In this document: positions 10,734-22,600 of the stretch, one piece after another
Layout: every line of letters begins with the position of its first letter
Numbering within the stretch: position 1 is the stretch's first letter
Origin: Phallusia mammillata
Taxonomy: Eukaryota
Length of the DNA: 64,000 nt
Assembly (NCBI GenBank): GCA_965637545.1
Contig: OZ281495.1
Location: 32,612,001 to 32,676,000 of the forward strand
Direction of reading: 5' to 3'
The notes under the pieces: model-generated
Told to the model about the DNA's origin: nothing
The model's database searches: none
What the model saw: the letters and a program-made list of their open reading frames with translations, nothing else
Position numbers and translations under genes: made by a program

Positions 10734-13700
10734 TAACCTACTGATGAGGGTGCATCCTGCTGGCTCCGGAGGTTCCCAGACTCCCATCAGAGACGGAGGA
10801 CCAGGATCTATACACTTGATAGAAGTGCTGCTTCCGGACAACGCGAAACCACCGTTACAGAAATAGTTAACAACTTCGCCAAGTAAGTACTGAAAGTCAA
10901 TCGGCGCGAAGCCTCCATCGCTGACTGGCCGAAGGTTCGGACAAGCTACAGAAAGATTATTTGATAAAATACTTTAGTGTATGTTTTAAGTCTCTATTGT
11001 CATTGCATAATGTGCTGTTTAACTGAAAAAGCTAAAATGAAAGACATAGTGAAACATGAACGAACTTTAGAGACAGTTTTTTGTTTCTGTTTATTACAAA
11101 AAAATAACACAAATTTCAACCATGATAGAGAAAAAGAGAAAAAAATAACAGTCTTTTGCAGGATATATATTTCTAAAGTAGTAGTCCAGTCTGAAATTTA
11201 AAGGGGAAATTAAGTGTCTCACTTACGCAATGACACACACGCTGGAGAAGCTACAGGGTTCCAGTGTCCTTTTTCACAAACTCGCTGCGCCGATCCAAAC
11301 ATTCGATGGTAGGGATCACAAACAAACGTGGTCACATCTCCGTCGTCGTACCAAGTATCTTTATCAGGGTAGACTGTCAGGTGTGCTTTACCAGGGCTCG
11401 GGCATTCTGAAAGAGAAATATTTAGCTATCAGATATCAGTTAAATTGACTTGGTCTCTAAATAACCAAACACACAATGTGCACAAACGTTCCAACGATAT
11501 TTAATATAAATGGACTTGTACATGTGCTACACACAAAATCAACACTAACAGCAAATACAATTGATCAATGTTGTTCACAGTGGTCATCGGTGCAATTATA
11601 GTGAGCTAACGTACACTCAGCAGACTCGTGGATAACTAAATGCAACATTATGTAACATGAATCAAACGTAAAAGTTCAATAGTAATATTTTAAAGGGTAG
11701 AAGAAGGGCGAAAGGTACTTACGGCGTATCCCGCAATTTTCTCTGTGGTAACCCGGGGCGCATTCACATTCGTATCCTGTAGCAGTGTCTTTGCATACAG
11801 CCCCGTTTAAACACGGGGAATGCCTGCATTTTGCCACTGTCAATGGGATGACAAATGTTAGCAATGACAAACGTCAAACGTTAGCTTGTTAAACAGGATT
11901 ATTGTATCACAGTGATCGGAATACATTGGCATGTTGGGGTTGCAATGGTATGTGGTAAAATTACTTGCCAATCCAGAAGCAACGCATTATGTACATTTCA
12001 CATATTCTTTTACTAATCTGGGTTTCTATAGATAACGATTTGTCATTGATTACGAGCATTTCTTGTTTTTGAAACAAAGTCTGGTCTGCAATAAAACCCT
12101 AAGCCAAACCGGTATGTAGCGCAAAAAGTTAGCCAGCCCTTTTTACAGCGTTTGGATAGTCCAGTCTAAACCTATAGAAATCGCAAAAACTTAAGTACAA
12201 TAATACATTTTTAAGACAAAATACAACAACTCATTTGTACTCACATTCACATCCTGGTGGGTTTATGTAGCCTGGTGGACAATCCTTGCGCAATCTGACA
12301 ACTAATTAACAAATTTCGATATTTACATTGCTCTGTTTATGTCCTACAAGGTGATTGTAAGGTTACCTATTAAATAACAGAAGCTTGGTTTTGGTGTTTT
12401 TGCTGTTAGTTTTATAGGCAGTATTGTTTTATCACTTTACCTGCACAAGAAAAACACTGGATATTGCTTACTGTTATAGAGAGACTTGTGGCAAAACTTT
12501 TTTTCTTCATCCCAGCAGCATCCCCATCGTAGGCAATCAGACCTTGGGTAAAAAATAATTTGTGAAACATTTTTATGAAGCCAGTATTTGTATTTTCGTG
12601 TCATGTGCAATTCACATTAAATTCATTTCCTTTATTGTTTTAAATCCAGGCTTATTCGTGAAACTAATTTATCGCCCAAACAAAAGATTTTCAACAGGAT
12701 ATTGGTCAAAAAGAAAACCAAACTTTCAGGAGCAGTCGGTGGTGAACTTTTTTTTAAATTAAAAAAAAACTATTTCATTCAGGCGCTGGCCTGTGAGATT
12801 TCGACTTACTCTGTTTTCGCGTTCAATCTTCTATCGCACTTTATATTTCTAATGAAGGGAAAGCAACCCCTCTTAAATTGGTTGCCAGGGTAACCAGGTT
12901 CCCCGCCAAAACTGAGACCTGGAAAAACATGGAAAACAATTGAAGTGCGCGAAAATAATTTTCCCCGTTTTACTTTAAGTTACCTGGACCAGCTGTTGCT
13001 GTAAACGAGAACGAGGGAGATTTCTCTGTGGAAAAAAGGTACAAAAACACGTTACATACATTTTTGATGTTTTAAGAACATATTACAAACATACTGACCG
13101 ACTCGCACGCATTTTCTGCCAGGATTTGGCTCCGTTTCGTCATAACAGCACCCCCTGTGTTAAATCAAAAGGCAAAGTGTGTTACATCACAATGAGGTAT
13201 CAGCAAACTACATCAACATTTTTAACACATTATCGAAAATATTATTAACACAAATATACTCCAAACTTTAATGCTATTTTGAATTAAAGTAAACTTTTAT
13301 GTAATATTTAAAGTAAATCTGTTTAATCTTCAAATACTTTCATCATCACCTGGCCTCGCAATTAAACTTGTCCAAATTTCCGCAACTTCGACTCCAAGAA
13401 CCTTTATTTCCGCAATCGGTTTGGGCTTGTGACGTCACAAACCATACACAGACAACCAAGCATATCAATTTACACATGTCTTTGTGACATCTGCTGGGTG
13501 TCTGTGTAAGATATAAAACAAACATTACTCATAAATAAACTGCTGTTACCGGGTGTTATACAACAACGAACAACAACTTATTGACAAACCAACTAGTATG
13601 TCTTGGGCATAAAGCAGGAACACAAAAATCTGTACTTTAATTAGACATTTATACCGAGAAAAACAACTAGCTCCCTTCCACAAGCAACCGCAGTCGGTTC

Positions 13701-13800
13701 TAAACCAGTTAATTTCTCCACCAGATATTAACATTACGCCGACGGCCACAAAGGCATCGGTATTTTTACATACCGTCACCCCGCCCTGAAGTAATGACAT
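9463..13800 (-). CDS. Secreted trefoil(x2)-EGF-CCP(x2)-EGF protein, ~369 aa, intact
   Basis: Exons: 13774-13800, 13590-13629, 13350-13425, 13099-13154, 12984-13025, 12810-12918, 12472-12542, 12245-12301, 11723-11836, 11227-11406, 10742-10945, 9858-9983, 9463-9470 (TAA). All phases join in frame. Contains a signal peptide (MSLLQGGVTIFVFLLYAQDILVA), two 6-Cys trefoil domains, EGF (CRHSPCLNGAVCKDTATGYECECAPGYHRENC), two sushi domains and a second EGF. Minus-strand AATAAA at 9325-9330. Confidence 0.85.
10286..10650. repeat. Local imperfect direct duplication (~245-bp offset)
   Basis: GTAAA(G/A)TAATGGATTTGG..CACGAAAA and CC(T/C)GGGTTTGTTAT...AAAACAT(G/T)AGTGAG each occur twice. Confidence 0.6.
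10701..10731. repeat. (AG)15 microsatellite
   Basis: Direct reading; it sits just inside the intron next to the sushi exon donor. Confidence 0.95.
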
Positions 13801-14475
13801 TGATTACTATTTCACGCCACGTAGATTTAATTAGGCCTGAAATCATATGTAAGGTAATGTGGAAATTACTCGTTTGAAACGGGGAACTTTGTTTTCCCGT
13901 GCAACGCTACGGAATGTTATGATCAACAGCGATTAAGTAACTGTTGGTCAACGTAACAACGACCACGTAAAATTAACAACACCCGTGAACGTTGTTTTGG
14001 AGAAAGTGGTCACTGCTGTTTCCTATATGTTGTTCGGTGTAGGGATTTTTTTACCAAAATACTTCGGTTTAACACGTGCAGCTAGAAAAAAATTTCGACG
14101 AATGTTTTGATTGTTACACGGCTATTTTAGTTATACGTTTTCGAGTAAAATTATTATTGAATCAAATAATTAGACTCTATTTTTTTAAAATGACTTCATG
14201 ATTATAACATTGCGATGTTGGTAACTTTTAAATTAGTTAACACACTTTCCCCAAACAAATAAAATGATACATTTGCCACTTTTTCATGTAGGTCCTTGTC
14301 GGACAGGAAATGCGTTTTAATTAATTTGAATCAAAGTAAAAACTAAGCAAGTACTTTTAAACCTAATTATAAACATAACTACCAGAGAACGTGTGTGTAA
14401 AGAATACACCATGAAGGCGTTTTAACAATCACTGTTGCCATCATCATACCGTGTTTTTCAGCTCGATTGACAACC

Positions 14476-14515
14476 TGCACTGATGAAGACAACAGTGATA
14501 GTTGAAACGTCTGCA
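14476..14515 (+). ncRNA. Minimal hammerhead ribozyme motif (Penelope-associated type)
   Basis: TGCA-CTGATGA-A-GAC-AACAGTGATA-GTT-GAA-ACGT-C-TGCA. Core is at 14480-14486 and 14504-14507. Helix I is TGCA/TGCA, helix II is GAC/GTT, helix III is palindromic ACGT, and the GUC site ends at 14511. Confidence 0.6.
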
Positions 14516-16643
14516 TAATGTATTCTATATACACAAGTACTCTGGAAGTTATGTTTTTCATTAAATTACTTTTCAAGTCTGTGAATAGTGTTCCTATTAT
14601 GTAACTGATATGAAGATAAATTGTTTGAATGACAATCGTTTTTCCAGCAGATCATTTCATCTTTTGCCCGAGGGCGAAACTATAAACTTCCGTGTCTTGT
14701 CACCAGCGTTCGCCATACAGGGGATTCACCACCGTACAAGTCAGGCAAAGGCTGGTACGAAGCTTTCGTACATGAATGGTACTGAGATAGAAGTTATTTT
14801 GTTCCAAATGATTTTGTGGATGTGAGGCAGACCTGTTTTGAACACGCTTTTTACAACACAATTGCACTCAAATAGAATCGCGAACAAAATTTGTCACAAA
14901 TTCTGGATAACTGCGTCCCAAATCATGTAAAGTAATTGCTGGCATTTAGTAATGTTACAATACTATTTTACGTATCTCTTCATTCAACCAAACAGTCCGT
15001 TTTGACAGAACAGACAAACTGAGAAGTACACAAAACCATAGCGACACGAAAGCGTAACGTTTAGAAACTTGTTTTTCTAAATGTGATATTACCTGTCTAA
15101 CCTTACGTAATAATCCAATGTTACGTAACAATCCAATGCAACTCCACGTGATTTATTGCATAGTGCGGGTTTGGTCGTGGTTTCCATGGATACTATGAGG
15201 GGAGAGCAAAGTATCCAGGTCGGTGGAGAAAGCGAGAGAAAGAGCGGCGAACATCAAGTTTCGATAATACAGTGCGCAGAACGGCAAAGCGCGATAATAA
15301 AGTAACGCTGCCATTAACACGAGGTTACGAACAAACTTGAGGCGTATGTTGGCCGCTGGAAGCGCCAAAGAGCTCGTTGCAAAATACGCATGGGGCGCTA
15401 CAGAGCACGCGAGGGGTTCGTAAACTGTTTTATGGCGATAAAAAAATGTAACACATAAAACAAAACAAACGAGCGTTTCATAAATATTCGCGGAAAATAA
15501 CGAATACAAGCCACATGGATAAATGGAAAATGTAATTGGAACACCGCGAATATAATTGTTGCTTCGATGGAGTGGATTTGTAGGCTGGTTCTGTCTTTGA
15601 AGATCACCTCGTAAGCCGGTATATGGTGTATGTGAATGCAACGTATGTGGGCTGAAAATCTGGGCGGCAACAGTTTGAAATTTTATGGCATTTAAAGTTT
15701 TGTGGTGGTCAGTACAAAAGTTGTGACCACGCAAGGCGCAAGAGCACAGGGTTGATGATGTTGATGCTTAAAACTGATTTTAAATACAATGAACGCAGTA
15801 AAATGATCTGATTAATTATTAGTTACGAAATACTGGTTATTTTTATGATTTTAGTTGTTCTATGGCGTAGTCTTGTGTTGTGATTTGAAAGCATTTTTAC
15901 TATTTTAAAACGGAATATGTGAAGCAAAACGCGATCTGAAATGCAAAAAAATGTAGCCTATTCAATTGTGGTTTTTAGTACATTGTGACGTAATAAAACA
16001 TATTGTCAGCAGTAGAATATGGCACCGAAAAAGTTTTCCCACTATAAGATCGTCGGCAATATTCAATGCGCAGGGCGGTAAGTAGGTGAAAGGTCACGGT
16101 TTGACACCGGCGATTTAACACAAAGAAAAAAAACACGGTGCGAAGTAAAGCTTGCAGTGCATACAAGAAACTTATGGTGTTTGGGGGAGCAATCATTCAG
16201 GCACGCGAAATAAAACTGCAAAGTTCATGTCAATATACAAGGCGAGAATTGTAATCAGAAAAATAAACACAGGCGAAAGTGAAAAGATAAAATACTACAA
16301 CCATTGCCGCAGGTGTGTTGTCTATTTTTTTGTCACCAAACCAGGTTTTGTTGTTTATTGAACACATTAAAGTGGTTTATCTTATTCTGTTTGATCAGTT
16401 TCAGTTGTTAAAGTATTTATTTTTTTGCAAATGAAACAAACATAATTTTCTCTGTTTGAAACCCACAAGTGTTGCTTTTTCTATCACACAAATTATGCAA
16501 TGCTCGTGAAACAGGGGAAGGAAATAAACAAGAGATAGTTAACACTGAAAATTTACAACAACTATGACGTAACAGATGAAATGATACCTACAAGAATGTT
16601 TTTAACATAACACTTTATCATCGAACAATGGAACGTTTCAGAA

Positions 16644-19600
16644 TCAATACACCAGCCGACGTTTCTTCAATCCGTTGGGAAAATGCGTCTGACCTTCCTC
16701 GTCATCACTAATCTCAAGGTCACAAAGTTCAAGGTCATCTGGACACGCTTCCGGGTCAATAGTGGAAATCTTTTTGTTTTTTGGCGGGAAAATTTGTATT
16801 TTTCCTTGCTTCTGAGCCAACAGTTGGCGTTGTACGTCATAATAGAACAACAATGAAGGTGGAATCTGGAACAAAAATAAAAGTTTGAAACTCAAAACTA
16901 ATTACACCGTATTTTTCTACATACTACTTCTGAATAAAATACTTTACAACGCACCAACCAGCAAATTATGTCTTGGTTTATGCACTTTAGTAAATAAATC
17001 TGTTTTAAAAACAAGAATCACGTTTTGGGGGCCTGTGGGTGAACTGCTGGGTCATCTGGGGTCAAACTTTAGGAGAACCACTTTTGGATAACTAACTGGC
17101 ATGTGTGTAAATTTGAATAAGTTTGAAGCACTCTTTCTTGACCAAACGCGTGGCAAAAACCAGCGTTAGACAGAAAAAAAAGAAAAAATAGGGGACACAT
17201 AATGACAAACAAACTGGATCTCACCTTACTGCGTTGTTGGTAATACAAGTAATCCCACCAGAGTCTCTCCTGCAAAGTTGCGCTGTGCTGCAGTGTCACC
17301 ATTCCCTTTGGCGCCACCCTACGGTGATCAGGCGTCACGCGGTTCCGGATGACGAAATTCGAAGGCGGATGTCTGTGACCGTTGACGCGAATCGGCTCTT
17401 TGCTTTTGGGTGCCATCTCGCGTATATTGTGCACAGGAACGGGTTGTCGAAACACGTCGTTAGGTGGCAGTGCAGGGTGGTTAACTTCGGTCGAAGTTTC
17501 GTCCAAAATTTCATCGTCCTCGCAATCCGAGTCTTCAATCGGGTTTATGTCCTCTTGATCGGAACACACGTCATCACATACGTCACTGGTCTTTTGTGAC
17601 GTCACAGTTGTTTCCTCTGCGCATGCGCGTTTGTAGTGGCTCTGGTGGCTGTCGAGCGCCCTCTTACGGAGTTGGTCGAGTTTTGCGTCGAGCGAATTTT
17701 TTCGACTCGTTCTCGGAAACTCGCGTGGTTTTGGATCAATCGGCTCTGTGACGTCAGTTCCGGAATCGTTGGACGCGACGTCGATGCAGTCGGAATCGGA
17801 AAATGAGGATTTGCTGAAGGATTTTACAATCAGGTGATTCTGTTGTGATTGAGGTTGTTCGCCAGGTGACTGTGAGGTGACTGCGGGTAATTGTGACGAA
17901 ACAATCTCGTTGTTCTCTGAAGGAGGATTTGATTGTGACGACACTGGAGGCTTTGTTGCGTTTGAGGAGATCTTTCCCCGGGGTGCGGGAACTTTTTTCC
18001 GCAAAATTTCCGAACAGAAAACGAGTTTGGTTGCAGAGGTAGAAGATGCTGTGACGTATCTGTTGATAACAAATACATTTGTGACGTAACACCGGTTATA
18101 TTCAGTTTCGATTCATTGTTTATTTCAATGAAACTCACTTGTTGAAAGTTCTCAGAACGTTTAAGTCAAAGCTCGAAGTGGAATTATCCGGCTTGCTGTG
18201 ATTGGTGCATCCAGGACACGTGTGCTTGTTGCTTATAGCAACGCACTGACGCACTCCGAGGCAAGGATACTTTGAAGAAGTTGGGTTGATTGTTGCGTCA
18301 CCAAACCGATTGTTCTCCCCACTTTGTGACGTCTGCATCGTGACAAAATCGCAGTCAGTGACCTTGTTGGTTGTCTTTGACGACCTTGAAGGCTCTCCAG
18401 ACCGTGACGTCGTAGGAGATCGTGTTGGTGACGTGTGCAAACTTGTTTCCGTGACTGTTACGTCATTGATGATTACGTCATTTGTACTGGGTTGGCTTCT
18501 GCCTTCGAAAATACAAAGATGGACTTAAAATTTACGTCAAACATTTGAGTGCGTGTGTAAGCACTACTTCGTACTTTGTTGGTTTTTACTTATTTCAGGC
18601 ATCTTTGGTTCGCATCCTTTAATTGTGAGGAAACAGGTAAGTTGTTACGTAACAATTAAATACACAAAGCCCTTTGAACACAACAAAGTCCGTGTATAAG
18701 CACTACTTTGTACTTTGTTGGTACTACTTGTTAGATTACAAAAAAGTTAAACTAAAGGCAACCTTGGCTCATGCAATTTATTCGTAGAAATAACAAGTAA
18801 CAACCTGCAACCTTTTTCAGCCAGGTGGCGTCCCGGAGCACTCTCGTCTCTTGATGACATCACTATGACGCTTGTTGCCACTGAAGGTTCAGCTGACGTC
18901 ACCCGGCCATCTGATGACGCCATAGCGGGCCGGGAACCCCCGAATATATCGGCGACATTGCGAAGCACGTGGTTGGTCCGGGAAGGAAGATTTCCCGATG
19001 ATTCCAAGAGATGAAGATAGTGGGGAGGGAGACACCCAGTGTACGAACGAAGATCCATTTGGCGTCGGCCCGAGTAAGCCTGGGTCTGTGAAAGAAGATG
19101 ATTGTCAGGTTGTGTGTGTGTCATGAAACACATTTATATGTATTTGGCAAAAAATGAAACAGTAAGCCAAGTGGATTTCCGTTCAACATATCGCAGTTTT
19201 ATGAATAATTTTCATAAACATTACATTTTCTCTAATGTGAGCGTTATTAACCGCAATGTGATTAAGTTTTATATATAATTTCAAAAACCACAACGTTCAA
19301 AACCAAACCATAGGTTTTTATCTCACTCTCTCCATCTACTTTATGTAACTATGACAACGTCACTCCCACTCACTCTTTTAAGATCCTCCGGAGCGCTCCT
19401 CCTCCTCTCCAGAGCTTGCTTCTCGACGTCGGACAAACTCGCCTCGCTTCTCTGGTTGCCACGGTAATCGTCGTCGCTACGGTAACGCCGTTGCCTGGAA
19501 GCGTAGCTCGACACAATCACCGACCGTTGCTGTGGATACGGAGGCGGCAAGCGGTGATTGCTCGGCACAGTGTCACGTGGTTCAGCAGGCTCGCTACGCT

Positions 19601-22600
19601 TGGGTGGCGGTCTGGGGTGAGTCGAGTTCAAGTTTGCAGGATGACTCGACAAGTTTGCAGGATGACTCGACGATTTTTCAAGCGCCGGTTTTCGTCGCTT
19701 TGTGCTTAAATCAAGCGGTTCGTCATTGTTCGGGGTTTTGCGTTTGTTCGAATCGACCCTTTGTTGTGTCACAACGGAAGTCGTGGGGAAAGGCACGATG
19801 GCGGTTGGTTGCGCGATGAACGGCGGAAGGAGAGGTACGGAAAAATTTGGGTAGTAATGACGTATGTCGTCTCGTTGAGTCCGAACCGCATCTTGTCTGT
19901 GATCGTTTTTATTTTCACAACGTGCGGAACTTTCAGGAAAAGGTGGATTTTTATTTGGAGAATTGCGTTCGACTTTTACCGATGCTTGTGTGTTGTCATG
20001 GATACGCTGACGCTGCGATGACATAACGTCGACGGGGGGACTAAACGCGGAAACATGAACGTCGGGTTTCATGCTCGGAAATGTCTGAAATACAAACGCG
20101 AGATGAAGCCTTGTTACGTCACAACACGAAATGTTACTTCACAAACTTACCCCTCGCGGTTGTGACGTAGGATGAGCAGGTTTATTCGGCCGCGACTTTT
20201 CGAAATCGTTGTTGCTGTGTTGTGACGACGTAGATGGCCTTGTGACGTCATAGGGGGTATCGTAGAACGCGAGAAGTTCGCTGATCGCGCGATCGCTTCT
20301 TGCACTCGCCACTTGAGACGCTGTTTCGCCGTAAGTCGTTCTCAGGTTGGGGTTTGCCCCCAGCTATGAACAATAAAGTAATGTTGAGTTTATCTTGTAT
20401 AGAAACCTTTACTTTTTTCAAGTGTTAGGGTTTTAAATATAAGCGTTCTTCCTCTTTAACTTCATTTGTCATTTTGTCGGTTGAAATTGGAACAAATTGT
20501 GGTAACGTTAATGCGCAAACTAAATTTGATTTCGGGCACTGGTGTTCCTTGATTATTTAGTTTAGGTTCAACGGACATCTTGCTTTTGAAAATACCCTAT
20601 ACTGTACCACAAAGCCGCTTGAAGAGGTAACACGGGCGCCACTAGTGGAACTTGACACTCACCTCTAGCAAGGCTTGTGCTGCTTCACGACGCGACGCTC
20701 TGGTTGCCAGGACAATAGGGGAAACACCTCCTTTGTTGTCCTACAAATACATTTCAGTGTTACAAAACACATTAGTGATTTACAATAGTGGCAACTCGTA
20801 CAGTCTGAGAATACAGTTAGGCACCAAACATGCAAACAACTTGCAGGAAAACCTACATTTTTAAAAGTACTTGCGATGTGTACTTGAAGATATATTTGCC
20901 AAAACTCTTACTTTTAAATAAACCTTATGGTAATAGACTAAAGTTGACCAAAACTTGAAATCATTTTTCCTTGATTTTTAAGATAATAAGTTCCAAGCGT
21001 TTAAGGATTAGGCACAACGCAAATTAAACTACAAGATCTTTACTGGCGGTCATAAAATATCACTGAAACTTCGGCAAAGTTATTTATAGTTGAGTTTCGC
21101 AAACTTAATGGAGTGATTTGTTCTACTCCCTTCTAGAATTAAGACGGAACCGAAACCGTTTGACGGAATCGACCGAAACCGAAACAGCGATCTCGCTCTC
21201 CCTTGTTTGTTTTGTTCTCAACACGTGATCAATGTAAACGATATCGCGTGCACGTTACCAAACACAATAGCGCGGTTTGCTTTTCGACGCGAAAGAAAGT
21301 TACGCGATTCAAACCTAAACTGAGACGATTTTAATCAGGTACTCGCGTCTTAAATATTTCATTTTCCCTTAACTATCAGGCAAGCCGATTTTACACCAAC
21401 ATACTGATTTACTTAACGTGATTATAAAATTGCATTTGTATTTGCAAACTACACTAGAAAAAACAGTGTGTTGTTTCAACACGCCGGTGTGTTTCAACCA
21501 CACTAACGGTGTGTTTTAAGAACACGGCAGGTGTGTTGTTACCGCGATAATCGATGTGTATTCGCTAAACGACACGCCGCACGGGACGAACAACACGCCA
21601 GGTGTGTCGATTCAAGGTCAAGGTGATCCGTTTCAAGTCCAGAAACACAGAACAACACGCCGCCGTGTTGTTTTGTTGCTTTCCTTCTTTCCTTTTGACT
21701 TTGAAATCACTCAACCGTAACGGCGGGAACGCACGAAACGGCTGCAAGGTTCTTTTTTTACTTAATTGACCTAAAGTAAGTAAATTGTTAAGAGACTCAA
21801 TATCAAGGCTAATAGGAGTTAATTGACAAGTTTTAATGTATTCAAGACTTTTAGACAATGTGAACAGGATGGTGTTTCAAATCTAATAAAAGGTTGGTCT
21901 ATTTACAATTTTACATACATTTGTAATTTGTGCACATATAAAACATATGTTTGTGCATGTTGTAATGGCTTGTTGTTTTTTTGTATTAGGCTAGCCTGTT
22001 ACCAAATGACTGAGTGAAGTGGTTTTCTTAACAACTTGGTATCTCTATCAAGTAGAACACATACAAAACATGCATTCAAGTGACCTCTATTTGCATTTTT
22101 TTGCCAAATTATTACAGTTCTGTTGGTAAGTGCTTGAAAGTGGTAAAGAATTTAACTTTCCACAATATCAATTCCTTTATACCAGAACTTTCTGCTTAAT
22201 GATTACGTATTTCAAGTGTATAATTTGTTGCAGAGTCCTGTACAAAACCTAATGATGCATCTGGCCTTACTGTGCATAACATGGATTATTGAACAACCAA
22301 GGGAATGCTTTGATGGAATTAATTCTGTTACAAAGGCAGCATGTGGTAGGCATTAAACCAAATCTTTATGGCTGAGTTGCAAACAAGTAAACATGTATGA
22401 GGTAGTTACATTTAAGAAAATACATGTTTTTTTCATTATGCAATGGCATATTATCCTAGTGTTCTTGTTGGTGGATACATTACTTATACATTATACATTG
22501 CTTTATATACATTACTTGTTTTTAGACAATCAACATTAAGAGACACTCAATATCACTTGCTACCAGAAATCTTGAAGGGACATTTGGTGTGTGAGTTTAA

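Noticed and set aside
14610-14850. Exon-like GC-richer segment upstream of the trefoil gene
   Set aside because: The frames I translated on both strands gave nothing recognisable, and the gene already has a complete signal-peptide start at 13800.
15153-15734. 193-aa minus-strand ORF and the overlapping 90-aa ORF
   Set aside because: Near-cognate start, no recognisable domain and no splice chain linking it to neighbours. It may be a TE remnant, but I cannot support a call.
18630-18645. Perfect plus-strand donor CAG|GTAAGT here and at ~25223-25236, suggesting an antisense gene
   Set aside because: It is explained as the reverse complement of the minus-strand acceptor tract; no matching plus-strand open exon chain was found.
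17234-19819. Plus-strand ORFs 17234-17599, 17877-18089, 19416-19709 and 19532-19819
   Set aside because: Antisense shadows of the GC-richer coding exons of the IkB-like gene.
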